Positions 38,692-52,439 of a stretch of 64,000 bases of DNA are shown piece after piece. The notes beneath the pieces were generated by a model. It saw only the letters and a list, made by a program, of their open reading frames with translations, searched no databases and was not told where the DNA came from. Position 1 is the first letter of the stretch. Each line of letters begins with the position of its first letter. The stretch is taken from assembly GCA_011109175.1 (NCBI GenBank), contig RDEW01000020.1:242514-306513 (forward strand). The letters run 5' to 3'. The position numbers were made by a program, and so were the translations under genes. This DNA comes from Dicyema japonicum (taxonomy: Eukaryota > Animalia > Dicyemida).

Positions 38692-40354
38692 TCAAACCAC
38701 GTGGTTCCTCCTTGATAGAACTTCTTCCAACACATTAGGGCTGTCAGTCATTCCCACTCTAACACATTACTACAAGCAAATACATAACATTCAACAGAGA
38801 ACATAATTCATAATCACATACACACTCTCCCTTCATATTCAAAGCCACGTGTTCGAGTCCATTCACTACCAGACAATCTCCTTCAATCAAGGATCTCTCA
38901 ATAACCCCAAACAACTCCCGAGGAGACAGGAATGACCAGCTAAAGTTAACCACCAAACAACGTTTAACCACCACTTTGGTCGAGTAGTCACACAAAGCCC
39001 TTCTAATATCGAAAACTGGGGATATTTTATGGACTATCAAAACTAAACCTTGGGCGTCCTCCCTTCTAATCGTAGTCTTGACAATCTCTCTTATTAACAC
39101 GTCATATCTTTTATTAGCTCAACACAACCTTCGTTCAGAAACCTCATTGGGGGAACAATTAGTCAGAAATTTGGGAAGAACGTCATAAACCCTTGCAGTT
39201 ATCAGTTTGGACTAAACTACGTACTCTGAACAACTTTAGGATGAAAAATCAGGACAAACATCAACAAATAACAACAGTCGGAGAGTGACTTTGAAGTTTT
39301 CTTTACATGGTTCGAAAAAGTGGGATATTTCGACGAGTAATCAACAATCATCCTCAAAATCATCAAAACGTTTGAAATTTGGTTATCACCGTCGAATGTG
39401 GGTTCATATATTGACTTTGTGTGATGATATGACTTGGTGATGATGTCAATCAAGGACTTGATCTCAGGACAACTGAAAACATCCTCCAGGCTGGTATAAA
39501 GCGTGTGGATTTGACTAACCACCAGGCCTGAAACAACAACTTTAAGCATCTCAACAACGCTGTCATATATTTTGAAATAATTCTCGGCAATTTCAGGATT
39601 TGAGGAGAATTTGATAAAATCGAGCAAAAACAGCCTATCTCCCACTCTTTTCTCACACAAATAGATATTTTCGAACACCCAAGAAGAGACCAAGCTCATA
39701 AGGTCGGGTTCTTTATTAAAGAAAGAAAGAAAAACCGTCAGAATTTATGGCTTCGTAGAGGTCTTTAAAGGAATTGTCGTTGCTTTGCACAGATTGGTCA
39801 CATGTTGTGGGAGTAATTACACTTCCCTTTGATCTATTGGTTACGTCACCAAATGGGTCACAGTTTGTCTGAACAATAGTACTTTAGCTCTTGAATTTCA
39901 CACTCTTTGAATTTCAATTGATGTTCCATGTTTTGAAGTTCCCTTTGAAGTGCCGACATTGCATCTGAAGTTTTAGCGGAATTCCTCTCGGCTGCTCTCT
40001 CATTCAAAGCCCTTATATTTTCAGCTTGAAGCAGCTTAAGTTTTCCCTGCATTTCTTGAGCCATTCCTTCTGCACAGATAAGCTCGCTTTCAAGCATCTC
40101 CGTTTTTATTTTGGATATTTCTAGTTCTCGAGAGAGAGCCCTGATCTGAGCCTCATTGGAATTCCCATTAGGGCACTCAGAGATGATCACATTCTGGTTT
40201 GTTAATAAGTTGATACTTGAATGGACTTTGTTTTCTCATTCTCAATACGATTACATTCAGATACAATTGCCTGTGTTAGTTCATCCTCTTCCCAATCATC
40301 AAAATTTGGATTAAGTCTCTGTCTTTTATTCCTAAAATAACACATAAAGTACAT
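38692..40354 (-). CDS. ATRIP: ATRIP-like protein (acidic motif, coiled coil, helical repeats)
   Basis: N-terminal FDDWEEDELTQAI. The coiled coil ends LKFKECEIQEL (human ATRIP, recalled: LQFKDAEMNEL). Leu-rich helical C-terminus. Multiple 21-25 nt introns; last exon ends RRNHVV*. Confidence 0.6.
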
Positions 40355-40439
40355 CAACAATAAATTTATTTATTTTTAATTTCAAATATTTTATCTCAAA
40401 TATTTAATAGTAAATTTTTTTAATTTTTGTTAAATGTTT

Positions 40440-41395
40440 ATACAGAACAGCGGTACCCAGGCGAGTTACTAAAACATGCTCCGGTTATTGGTGGGAATAT
40501 AATCACGGATATATTAAACGAGTCGATGGAATTTCACTGTTCACTTCCATTAGGCGATGGGAATACGAAGATATAATTGAATTGTTATACGCGGGTGATG
40601 AATACTTTGTGTGTACTGACCAGCAAAGCCCACTTGACCAAATTTTAGTCCAAGTCGAAATTATTTAAATAAATTGGATCTGCGCATAAATATTACAAAA
40701 ACGGACTACACACGAATCGAACGAGCCAAGTCAAACAATGACGAACTCAGGAGGCATACAAAAAATTCGGCCCACTACTAGGTGACGGCGAGGATAGTTG
40801 TCGAAGAAAAATACTGGCTACCATATAATTCAAAAAATGTACAACATCTGGAATAGAAAAAGACGTGTTTCACTGAAACTTTGTGTCTGATTATACAACA
40901 CGTTTATGAAGCCAATACTGATATACAATTACGAAATATGGGGATCCTCAAAAAACGAATTAGAGGCTAGACATTTTTCACAGAAGCCAAATGCGGATAC
41001 AAACTGGAATTTTATGGCCGAGAAAAATCTCAAATGAGAAACTATTTCATCTATGTAAATCTTCACCAATTGTCAGTCACGTTGTTCTAACGAGATTGCA
41101 ACTATTTGGACATTTTATTAGACTTGACCCGACTACGCCGTGCCATATAATAATGAAAGAATACTTCTACTGAGTCGGAAGTCACGGATTTAGAGGCATA
41201 CCAAGAAATGCATTTCCAATTTGCTTAAAAGATGATTATGAAACAATCAGTCATAAATTGGTGACTGCAGACGACCTGGATGATGTTCAAATGAGGGCCA
41301 GAAGCAAGAAGGCGTGGGCGAGGATGGCGAAGAGGATGGCTCAAGCGAAACCCTTTTAGGGCTACGCGAAGGAGCTTTTAACTAACTAACGCCTA
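40440..41395 (+). mobile_element. Degraded RTE-like LINE with (TAAC)n tail
   Basis: ELLKH, RLQLFGHFIRL, GFRG.PR. Confidence 0.75.
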
Positions 41396-41399
41396 TCTC

Positions 41400-43345
41400 T
41401 GAGCGACGTTCTTCGCGAAGTATCCTGGTGAAGATCTCCATGGTTGTACGCCTTGTCGCTTCGTAGGCTCTTCCCAATACGATCGAAGATGCCATCCGAA
41501 CGAGCGTTATATGGACTTGATGCGCCTTCCGCACTGGGACTTGATCGAGTAGTCACGGAAAGGAGTCTCTTACTGCCGCCATGAGCACCAGTATTCGTTC
41601 TTTTATGGAAGCAACCCATATTCCCATTTGTCTCACAACTTATAACCATACGCGGAGACACATAGTCCGAACAAGGAACAAGAAAGTAGAAATACTGCGT
41701 CTCAAGAGGACTTTCACTTGAAGTTAATCGAACGGGGTATCTGCTATCAGGGCACTTTCCTCAGTGGAACGCAAAAACAGACGCTTACAGCATTTTGCTG
41801 AACGAACATCCTTTTCCGCCCTTCAATTTACACCTATTCGTTCCCACAGCCAAAGTGAGTTCCCTGACTGCATCAAACGATGAAGTTCTCCTTTTAATAC
41901 GGAATATTGCCGGACTCAACGGAATGAGAACTGACTTTCCAAAGACCAAGGACTTTGAAGACCAATATCTAACCTCTTTATCCCTAGAAGACCAAGGACT
42001 TCGTCTTACGAATTCAATTACTTCACTTCTTCTGGACTATTTCCAAAAATATCCGCCACGTCTTGTTTTCTGCCAACTTGATAGCCTTTGATAAGGAGGG
42101 CGGGGAATAGACCGGTTGCGGTTGGGTTCGTCCTCAGTAGGCTGGCTGCTAAGATTGCCTTCAGATAGGGAGAACTATATGGGAAAACAACTGTTACTTG
42201 GAGAAATAGCTTATGCCTATTTGATGTGCATATATAATTATTCCTCATAAGAACAGCCTCAACGTACAGAGGCTTGCATATTTCCTGAGGACTGCTCCCT
42301 ATTTCCCCCAGTGAGGCCAACTCGCATAGATTAGCGGGATCTTCCGTTCGACAGCGGAACGTATATTCAACTTCCGGTTTGAGGATTACTCATGGAAGTA
42401 GCCCACATTGCCGCTAAGGCTCGGAGTGCTTGGAATTCGTAACCATGTAGCATATCTCTGGTCATTAATGGCTTGTAACAACCTTGTCAAGAAGAATCTA
42501 CAATCCTTACATAAATTCTGTACTGGATGCCGTTCATGCTCGAGAGGCCTGAAGTCGTATCTATCGGTTTTCTCTACCTTCCATGTTCTCTAAGATGGGA
42601 TATAAATGATTCTATATGTCGGAAGTCTTTTGAAAATCTGCTAGTTTCATCTAAGCAACAACACCGTGCCTATTTGTTGTGGGGGCGTCTTCTGAGGACG
42701 GTGCCTGGCTCCACGCCATTCCTAATGGAGTATTTGGCATTTTTCTGAGTGAAAAATGCGTCCAAATTAGGATCTCATTACGACTGTGTAACACATCCGA
42801 GCAGATGCAAAAAATAGATCGACTGTTTTGGCCTACACTTTCTATCCTGCAGGAAAAGTGCAGGCAGATCACCCAGACACATGGCCTTGAAAAAAGTCGC
42901 TAGGTGAGCTTTGGATGCCGCGGACAACCTTCCATGTTCGAACCGATCGGTCTTTGCAGGAGTGACAGAAAACGACCAGATGGTGTTATTATCTTCCCTT
43001 TTGAAACCGGACTTGCACACCGATACGTTTGCCTCTTACAACCTACCCCAGAATGCCTCTGAAGTCTGTATTGCAGCTGAGACGACCGAGAGGTTAAAAC
43101 GATAACAGTAAACGGTCCTAACCAAGGAGTTTTTGCTGTCCCAAACGCAGTTAAGACATCTGGTTTCATTGCGACTGCAACATTGGAATTCTTGAGTCGT
43201 CTAGGGAATCGGATTTCTACATGATAAGAAGACCCTTGCTAGCGCTAATGTTATTTGACCGAAACTCGCTCGCCATCCTAAGAGGGAATAGCCGCAGTCA
43301 GGGCAGCCGCTATATGAAAACATTTGCTCACTTTTTACCATAATA
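41400..43345 (+). mobile_element. Degraded, longer CRE-like copy
   Basis: LLNEHP, GGNRPVAVG..RLAAK, EDGAWLHAIPNGVFG, 3' end shared with 24950-25040. Confidence 0.75.
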
Positions 43346-43450
43346 AATAGACAAAAAATATAGAATATAGATATAAATTATGCTTTTATAATTAAAATAA
43401 AATTATGAGTGATTTATTTAAACCATTTAATCAATTTAAAAACAACCAAA

Positions 43451-44618
43451 TTATTCGATTATAGGATAACTGGGATAAAAAGGAAATCTGCAGTTATTTT
43501 CCCCACGTGAAAGTTTAAAATAGCCAGATATACCCCATTCTTTGCCCCATCCATTTTTTATAAGCCAATACTTTTCTCCTTTTGTTGTCCCATAACCGAC
43601 AACAGACATTAAATGATTATATTCAAATTTTAAACAATTTCTGATATGGATATTCCTAAACGTTTCATTTTACTTTTTACCTCGAACATAACCATAAATA
43701 AAATAACCATCAAAATAGACACTTACAGGACCAACATTAGTGAGAACATCCAAAAGCATTTGTTCGTCACCATTATTGAATGTTTTATAACCAATCAATT
43801 TAAATTTAATATCTGGATGACCCTTATATTTACATTTACCCTCCTATAGAATTATTTGTAGAAACAATTACCTTGGCCACATATGGATATCGTTTTTCAG
43901 AATTAATTCCTCCGTTTTTTTTAATATAATCATAAACTTGTGATGGAATTCCACCATAGCATCCATGATGAATTGCACAATCAACTATGTTTTGTTCACT
44001 CATAGATATAAGAATATTACGTTTAATTGCCAAATGTGACTCCACTGTAGCCAACTAAATGCATTAAACATTCGTTAACTGCCCCAAATGCATAGCAACT
44101 CCCACACCAATATCCTTGATTTTTTATAGTAGTAACACAGTTTCGTTTTACCCAACTAAAAGATCTCGGATATCTTTTTTCATTTACATGAACAGTATAA
44201 TCATACAGTAATTCTTCTGTGAATGTATGACTAGAATAAGTATTAAACGTGAATTTGTTTGGCTTGATAAATTCTCTTCTTGTCTACAAAAATATATAGT
44301 AAATAAACCAAGTCAGCAAAATGATTAATTCCCAATTCATACAAATATTTTCCTTGGTTAAAAAGCAGATTGTGGTTGTCAATCGATCTTAAGTTTTCAA
44401 TAAAAATAGCCCTTCTAACTAGGAGTTCTAAACCAGAATATGATTTATCTGTAAAAAAAGTAAAAATAAATTTAACTATATTTTTCTATGAATTTATTCC
44501 ATTGGATTTCATAATATTCATCTTCTTTAAGTGAATACTTGATTGATTCGTATTTGAAATGGATTTTAGATGAAATAAAGTAATTCAAAAATAAAACAAG
44601 GAAAACTGGACTGATCAT
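43451..44618 (-). CDS. Cathepsin L-like cysteine protease (C1A) with I29 propeptide
   Basis: Signal MISPVFLVLFL; ERFNIN-like RRAIFIENL..I.NHN and GINHFADL; NQG.WCGSCYAF; SEQNIVDC; GCYGG; catalytic NH; KNGWG. Introns of about 25-28 nt (e.g. 44055-44079). Confidence 0.9.
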
Positions 44619-44679
44619 TTTAATTAATTCTGTTTATTTTTTATTTAAATATTTTAAAATATTAATATAATTTTGTTTA

Positions 44680-45880
44680 ATTTGCAAACGATAGAGGGCA
44701 GATGCTTGGTTGCAGGGTCCTCGTTATTAATGACGTGGGAAGGAATTGCAACAAAGTACCACAAGGGTTATCTGAAGCAATTGGGGGTAGATAGGAAGCT
44801 CCAGACCTATTTACAGTTCACTGTGTTAAAGCGGACCCTAGAGAGCCTGACACTGTAGTATAGGAGGCAGAGCCCTGAGATGCCATATGGGCAGAGAGTT
44901 CAATTGGATAAGGCGCTCTCGGAGTTGTTTCAGCAACCAGAATCGAACCTGCCTGAGGAGGCTGGAGAACAGGCAGGCGAGGAAGGTTGTTGATTATTAA
45001 ATATATTAACTTTTTCTCATCTGCTGTCCCTTAAAGCATTGTCACTGAGAGTCGATTAGGTAACAGGATCAAGTGGATCTCAATGGTTGGCAACTCTGCG
45101 AAAAGGAGATTCGGGAGAATCTCTCGGGGTGGATAGAGTCTCATTGTCTTGCAATTCAATGCTAGTTTCTCTACTTATAAAAGTGTACTCGGCGTTAGAA
45201 AATTATTGAATGAGAAGCCTAATAAAAAGACGCCCGTGGACTAGAAAAGTTGAGATGCTTTAATCGATTCAGGAGGATCAGAAACAACGTAACAGAAACT
45301 TCTATGCATGGAAGATGCAAAGAAGAATTTTATGTTCAAATTGAGAAGTTAAATCAGTTCCCCGAGATGAAAGGAAACCCACACAAAAGATTCCATACAA
45401 GTTGCTTAAAAAGGATGTTCTTACTACATTAAATGCAGTGATATCAAAATATGTGTCATGATATCCGACAACGGACATGAATGAGATAACTGACATAATT
45501 GATGCTGCACAATGCGCATATGAAAATTTGACTAAGAAGCAATCAGTAAAAAGCTGTTGGAGGGAAAACGTGGAGAAGAGAATTGCAATTTTAAAGAAAA
45601 TTGCGCCTTAGTTTATGGTTTATGGGAAGCAGTTAAGGGAAGAAAGGGAGAAAAAGCTTGATGTTTTATGCTCTTTTGGATACAAGAAATCAAAAAAGGG
45701 AGAACTGAAAAGGATGTCTATCCTAATTGAAGACAGAATCAAGATCATGGAGGATAAATTCTCAATTCATAAATCAAGAAAATCCTTTAGTCGAGATAAT
45801 TTTTGTTTTGAGCTGAACAAGAGGAGGTTTTTTTTAAGAATCGAGTCTAAGAATGATTCAAATCCTTCTATCTAAAACAG
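44680..45880 (+). mobile_element. R4-like element remnants (a C-terminal end and a separate N-terminal part)
   Basis: MTWEGIATKYHKGYLKQLG...LKRTLESL (44673-44858). FSRDNFCFELNKRRFF is homologous to the 6380-6420 region. Confidence 0.65.
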
Positions 45881-45949
45881 AGCTCCTTGTGAGAGTTGGA
45901 AAAACCAACTCAAGAAAATTTGAAACAAACACAAGAAGACTCACTTGCT

Positions 45950-46800
45950 CAAACACTTCCCGGATACATTGTTATCAGGAAGGCAGTATGATCGTGGAGG
46001 AGTTATTACTCTCATGAAAAGTAGAGCGGGCACACAATAACGCATTCAAATTATAATCTTCCGTCTCGATTGGAATACATTGGATTTTCCATTCGTACAA
46101 GAATAGGAAATATCACAATTACGAACATTTACATTCCCCCTGCTAGCTCCTGTCAAAAGAATATAGCTTCTCCCAGGATGTGTTACGCTAATACCAACAT
46201 TTGTTGATATGTGGCGACCTCAATGCGAAACACCTGACCTGGTACAAAAGCAATCTGATGATGCAAAAGGAAATTTCCTCATCTCTTTACTGGATAACTT
46301 CATAATCCTTAACGACTATCGGATGAACACAAGAACACCCTATAGAGCTTATGACAACACGACTTCACCTGATTTGACCCTTGCCATCCCTAAAATTGCT
46401 TCACTTGCCAACTGGTCTGTGATTTATGACTTTTGGAGCGACCACAATCATATTTTCATTCGGAAGAAGGGCACGCTCAGTTCAGATAGAAGATGAAACA
46501 CTATCCTAGATTACATAAACGTTAATTGAAAAAATTTTGCTCATTATGTGGACATGAACTTAGCCGATTTCGACGCAGTACGTTTCACTCGATAATGCAG
46601 TATCTTGTGTTAACAAAAAGATCCAGAAGGCAATGAAGATATTTATTAGGGAAAGATCATTCAAATCCTACATCAAACGTTTTGATCACAAAACGAAGAG
46701 GATTATGAATGAACGTAATCGACTCAAAGGCATCCAAGGGCCAATTATCTACAGAATTCAAGTGCTTGATTAAAAGTACCGTAAAAGATGAAGATGGTAG
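45950..46800 (+). mobile_element. LINE APE fragment
   Basis: LPGYIVIRK, CGDLNAKH, TSPDLTL, SDHNHI. Confidence 0.75.
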
Positions 46801-46999
46801 TGAGAATCACATTATGATCACGCTTGGGTATTTGTGGATTAAATTTATAATTTTAATCTGATCTTTTGCAAAGAACCAACGAACCCATTTTGGGAAAGGG
46901 TTAAGTATATAGAAGAATCTTGTCCTGACAAATTATCAAGTTCCTAGGAAGGCCTCAATCAGATTTCTTATCTTCTCCTCGTGCTCATTCTGGAATACA

Positions 47000-48450
47000 A
47001 AGCAACTTCTCTGTAGGTGGGGTGGTTTGAGGAATAGGAATTGGGGTGATTTATACCTTTCTCATAAGACACGTCGTGGCTGTGTATTGTTGAGAGTTGC
47101 ACTGTCTGCACAGGGTGGCAAATCGTTTTTCTGGGAATAGTTTTTCTAGTTTCCTGAGATTACTAATAGTAGTCCAGGACAGATTGTCGCGGATTCTTTG
47201 TTTGTTCGTCCAGGACAGATTGATTCCCCATGACGTACAGGCATAGCTGAAAGATGGCTCAATGAATTGTTTGTACAACAATTTCAAAGCTGGGAAAGGG
47301 GTTTTAATACTACCGAAAATAGTTTTGATTATCCCTAGCTTTCTTGAGCAGCTTCCAGAGACAGCGTTGACGTGAGATGAAAAGGACATGTGTGTGTCGA
47401 AGGTGATCCCTAAAATTTTCAGTTTCTTCGTGAAAGGCATTTTTGTCTGGTTGATAAATATATCCACTGGCATTTGTCCAAGTTGTTTGTCTGAGGTAAA
47501 TAAGGACGAAGAAGATTTTTCAGTAGATATATCAAGTCGGTTATAATTTAGCCAAATTTGAATCTTGTGAAGGTATTCTTTTAGTCTTTCTGATGCATTT
47601 AGGAGATCTTGATAGCGGGATCCAATTAATAGGTCATCACATATGATAAGAGGAAATCGTCTTTATTATCGTGTTGTAAATCGGACATGTATAAGTTAAA
47701 TAAAGTGGGTGATAAAGGGGAACCTTGTTGGACACCATTGAGTAGTAATCTTGAAACTGATTTGGTCCCATCCATGTATACCCGGGCCCTTCTTCCATTG
47801 ATGAAGTTAGCAAGCCAAAGTTTTATATTGGGGTTGACAGAGAGAACAAACAATTTCCGGGTTAGGATTTTTCTTGAGACAGAGTCGAAGGCCTTTTGTA
47901 AATCGATCGAGCAAATGACTGTTTTGAGGTGACGAGAATTTGTGTTAAAGCCTTCAAGGAGAAATTGGTTGAGGGAAGTTAGGTGAGTAGAAGTTGAATA
48001 ACTCCTTCTGAATCCACGTTGTGAGGATAAAAAGGAAGGGACAGAACGACGGGAAGGGGTCCTTATGTGTTTGTTTGGATTATCAAGTCGTCAAAACTGT
48101 CGAATATGAGGGCTTCTTGTTGATCCAGTGTTGGTTAGCATACCATTGATTACTCTTCGCATTTAGGTCACAGCTAATTAGCGTGCTTTCGAACCTGGCG
48201 AATCGTTTGGGTTCGGGGCTGTGGGTTCCGAAATATTTCTGGCCAATATATGCTTTCTGATTAGGGTAATAAGGTTTCCTCCCTTTGTATGACCTCTGTC
48301 TCGTCTGAAAACGGAATATCCCGGAAAGTTGGGGGTTGGTCGCCATGGGTTAAGTTTTGTCTCTTGGAAAAGAGCTATATCCACTGAGTGTGTTATGAGA
48401 AAACGTTGTAGTTCGATAATGTTTGTTTAATTGGGAAGCCTGACGCGTAT
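47000..48450 (-). mobile_element. Internally deleted APE-RT LINE copy
   Basis: DIALFQETKL, DLQKAFDS, QQGSPLSPTLFN, KILGITFD, YKQFIEP. Confidence 0.8.
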
Positions 48451-48739
48451 TAAAATAAGCTCTTAATAGGTCAGGTGTATTAAAACGTGGAATACTGCAA
48501 GGAGACTCTCTATCTCCCCAACTTTTTGTGTTAGTCATTGATCCTTAACCAAAATTGTATATATCAAAAGGTAATTGATGACTTATTCAACCAATCACTT
48601 TTTATTGATGATCTAAAAATATTTACTGAGAAGGAAATACGTTGGTGAATGATAAATGAGATTGATGAGTATTTCAGTGTGGGTGGGTTCTAGAAGAGTT
48701 TTAAGAAGTCTGTCAGTAATTTGAAATGTATGAAAAATG

Positions 48740-49060
48740 TTTTAATGAATAAGAAAAGGAAGCTATAAAAACTTTCTTCCGAATTAAAATCACTGGATTC
48801 ATCAGTATCACCGATGACAATTATGACTGATTTTGAAAAGGCAAATAAAACAACATTTAGAAATAATTTTCTTGTTGCTATTTTTTTCATTTATGCATAA
48901 TTTTCTCTGTTTAATCACACGATTACGACTATTATATCAGGGATATTCAGAATTCCCTTAAAAATGCAAATGATTGCTAATTTATCCGACATTAAATGTT
49001 GTTTATTATTTTGAACATTTGTGCGATTACAATTTCCCAGAAGCTCAGTTTGTATTGGAT
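48740..49060 (+). mobile_element. MULE transposase remnant
   Basis: PMTIMTDFEKA..F.N.F...FHL resembles the MULE DFE..CxFH region. Confidence 0.6.
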
Positions 49061-49719
49061 CGAACAGTTATTGCTGGTGCAGAAGGTCATACACAAGAGA
49101 ACAAATACAGAGATAATGTCGACGTGCCATGTTAAGGTCATCATGTGTTCTGTGTCACATCAAAGATTTTAAGATCCTTAAAAGTAGCTATGTGTAGATA
49201 TCCAAGGGGACTTGGTGGCAATTTTTAACGAAGATTCGATGAAGGTAGATTTTGATGTTGACAAAGCAATTGATTACGCGATACAATAGAGATATGTCCG
49301 AATTACCCAATGAGGGGAGTCTGTTGCTGGTGGTGATTATAATATATATTAGTGTGTCGAGATCATCAACTTTGGGGCGCCGTCAATAAATAAATTAAAA
49401 AAAAAGCGGAGAGTCCTGTGGAAGTCCATTTTGTAACAGTCAAGATCTCGATCTGCTGTTTCCGAAGATAGTCTTCCACGCCTTTGGGTCAGAATGTACT
49501 CCAGTTATAGAATACAGTGAATATGTCCCACCATGGTTAAACACCAACTTTGAACCGATCTATCCTCATAATTATTTGGTAAAATGTGGTGTTTGAAGAG
49601 ATAAGGGTATTTATCGTTCTTATTGTTGTAAACAATGGGTTACGTTAATATTCAAAAGTACACGTGTTCCAATGGCAGGAGGGGGATTATATTACTTCAA
49701 CACTATAATCGGGAAATAA

Positions 49720-49850
49720 TAAAATATAAGTAGTGTGGCTAGTGAAGTGAAATCAAAAGCACCGCCTATAGTAAGAGTACTTAGTAAATTGCCGCCTACA
49801 CGAAAATGGCCAAAGTGCGTGTTCCCAGTAGGACGCGTAATGCGGCTCCT
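49720..49850 (+). mobile_element. Fragment of the R4-like element
   Basis: aaaagcaccgcctatagtaa and cgcctaca.gaaaat are shared with 6220-6240 and 6417-6470. Confidence 0.65.
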
Positions 49851-50229
49851 TGACTGGATAACGAAATAAATTTTTTTTCTACTAATAAACTAAAAATTTG
49901 GAAACAAGAAAATAAAAAACCAAAATTTAAAAGAGATTATGCCACGTGGTCAATTTGACGTATTTTTGTTGATTTTAACTCAGTAATTATTCTTAACGGG
50001 TGTGATTAAGAAAGTACCTCTATTGTACAAATCAGTAAGCCATTGTCTCCCATTCCCAAAACAGAGTCAACAGCCGAACGACCTCGTACATTCACACATT
50101 ATCCACCAAATACCATTGAAACCCACATAATTTTACCAGCATGACCACCAAGAAATATTACTGAAATAAACGTTCCTTTGACAACATATTTCCTTCAGTC
50201 ATTAGTGATTTGATCCACTAAAAACAAAA

Positions 50230-50950
50230 TTAAATTCCTAAATCTTTATTAAATCAATATTATCTCGGTATCGGCTCCAAAATAATCATGCACTCTATTC
50301 ACCTCCGACCTGCGGTCCAAAGAAGAACCGGAAATCTTCATCGGACATACTCGGATACCTGTCACAAGAATCCCCTCAATCCTGCGAGTACATACAACAG
50401 GCTGCTTAATTTTACCTACCATGCCAAACAAGTCTTCACCAAAGGACTACAGAAATTGAATGTCACTCGGTCCTTCATCCAGAAGACCTCAGCAAATATG
50501 AATAAAGCAATCGGAACCATATACCGCCAGACAATCGCGCCGGCTGTATGCTTCTGCTGCGTGGAGATTCGCGCTATCAGAGGCCACTATCCGAAAACTA
50601 AACTTACTGCCAAGGAAAACAACACGTATGCTGGGACCACAATGTGAAACAGAAATACCTCCTTCGCTGACAAAATCTACAACTCGTAGATGTGGTTCAG
50701 GATTTTTACGCATTTGCGAGGAAGATGGACACCCACTAAGCCTCACTGTTCCACGCAATAGAAAATCGGTTGGCTGAGAAATTTCCTTCCCCAATCGGCT
50801 TCCTCTGCAAGGATCAAAGAAGGCATTTCCGTTCGACAGTGGGATCAATGGAGACGCACAGGCTTATGATTGCATGTTTGGTTGTAGGAACTGAGATCAC
50901 CTAACTAGTTGACTTTGTCTTTCTCGGTGATCATGGGGTTAATAAATAAT
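50230..50950 (+). mobile_element. LINE 3' half
   Basis: KGLQKLN and IYRQTIAP; 3' GATCAC..GTGATC hairpin and TAA-rich tail. Confidence 0.7.
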
Positions 50951-51249
50951 CAATATTATAAGAAAATTAAATCTTTAATATTTTAAACAGTCTACAAATT
51001 CCTCAACTGTAAGATTATACTTCATGTGTTACAACACGTGTAGTAGTTGTACTGAGTGAATTCGGCTTTAACAACACGTTGAAAAACTTTGACTGTTGAT
51101 GGTTATGATATTTGCTGATCTCCCGGGAGATGCGTTAGTTCACTAATAGAGTTATCTCTATTCTACCATATAACAAAAGACACGTGGGTAAGCAATAGAC
51201 ATATGACAACCTAATATAGCATAATAAAGCAGAGCAATTATTAATAAAA

Positions 51250-52273
51250 CAAATAAGGCCATCATTGGAAGCGGGAGCCTCTCTTTGGGATATCCCAACC
51301 TCTGACACAGTAAACAAACCACTCACCCCTCCGTTCTGGCACCCTTAATGGAAACAGGGGTCTCTCCCATCTTCATCGATGAATCACTCGCAGACCCACG
51401 TTCGGGAATCTTAAAGTTATTCTCACCCCCTGTATTCCCTCCAGACTGAGATCTACAATAAAGTCATCTCTAACCCTCGCTGGGGGAGTTCCTGCAAATT
51501 TGACCTTGAGAAGACATCCTTATTATCACCATAGTAATCATCATTCAAAATCTTAAACTTGGAACCCCTCGTGAAATCCACTGGTTCATCGTCTACGAAT
51601 GGATCCATTCATTAACTTTTCTCAAAATTCACGGCTTTTTGTTGACGAACATTACCGTCCGATTCAGAAAATTGGGAGCCCCGGACGCAAAAGGGACCCG
51701 ACTCTGTCTGCGAGAAGCGACCAACGAAGGGGTTAGCCTCATCATCTAAGAATAAGCAGTGACCCAACCACGTGTCCTACCCCGCATTCGACCTAAAATA
51801 AGATACATAAATACCCCTTGACTCGACCTCGAGCTCTTTCGAACAAGGAGCTAAACCGTAACTGACGAAAAAAACCGCTTAAATCCTGAAGACTAACCAC
51901 GATTGAGCGGTTGTGTAGGAGTTCCCCACTGCAGTTTAGGAGTGAAATCAGGTCGGCACGTGAAAAGACCTCAACTTTGCCCATTCCGTTCCAAGAGTCG
52001 TAGAAAGAGAACTAGCTGAGAAAGGCAAGGTACCTTGATCTCCTTGAAGATTTTTCTCAGGTCATCTTCGTTGGCGTTGAATGGAAGATTCTTCAGGTGG
52101 GCGATAAACGGCCCTACGGTGGGGACCTGGTCCTCGTCGATCCCGTCATGGAAAAATGCACGAGGCGCTGATGGGAGAGCAACCTGAGGTTGTTCAACCA
52201 CTCCGAAATCATCCAGGAGGTCGTAAAGTTGGATAACTTTGCCTGCCTTGTTTTTATTTCCTATAGTAGACAA
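51250..52273 (-). CDS. EIF4B: Eukaryotic translation initiation factor 4B-like
   Basis: KNKAGKVIQLYDLL, LPSAPRA, PFIAHLKNLPFNANEDDL (RRM), DPF...PVD. 22-nt intron at 52012-52033. The 3' end is approximate. Confidence 0.8.
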
Positions 52274-52439
52274 TGATTCGAAAGTTTATTATTAAGTAAA
52301 ATGAACACCCACCTCGGCCCATTAATGAAATACTCAATGTCGTTATTTTATTTTATTTAAAATAAAATTTTAATTCGTAAATATATTTAAATTCTGCCTA
52401 CATTTTTAGTCAGTAGACCTAACTTATTTCCCGTACTAA

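Noticed and set aside
45000-45250. Possible HDV-like ribozyme at the 5' end of the R4-like element
   Set aside because: Only a simple hairpin (GAGATTC/GAATCTC) was found; no nested double pseudoknot could be drawn.
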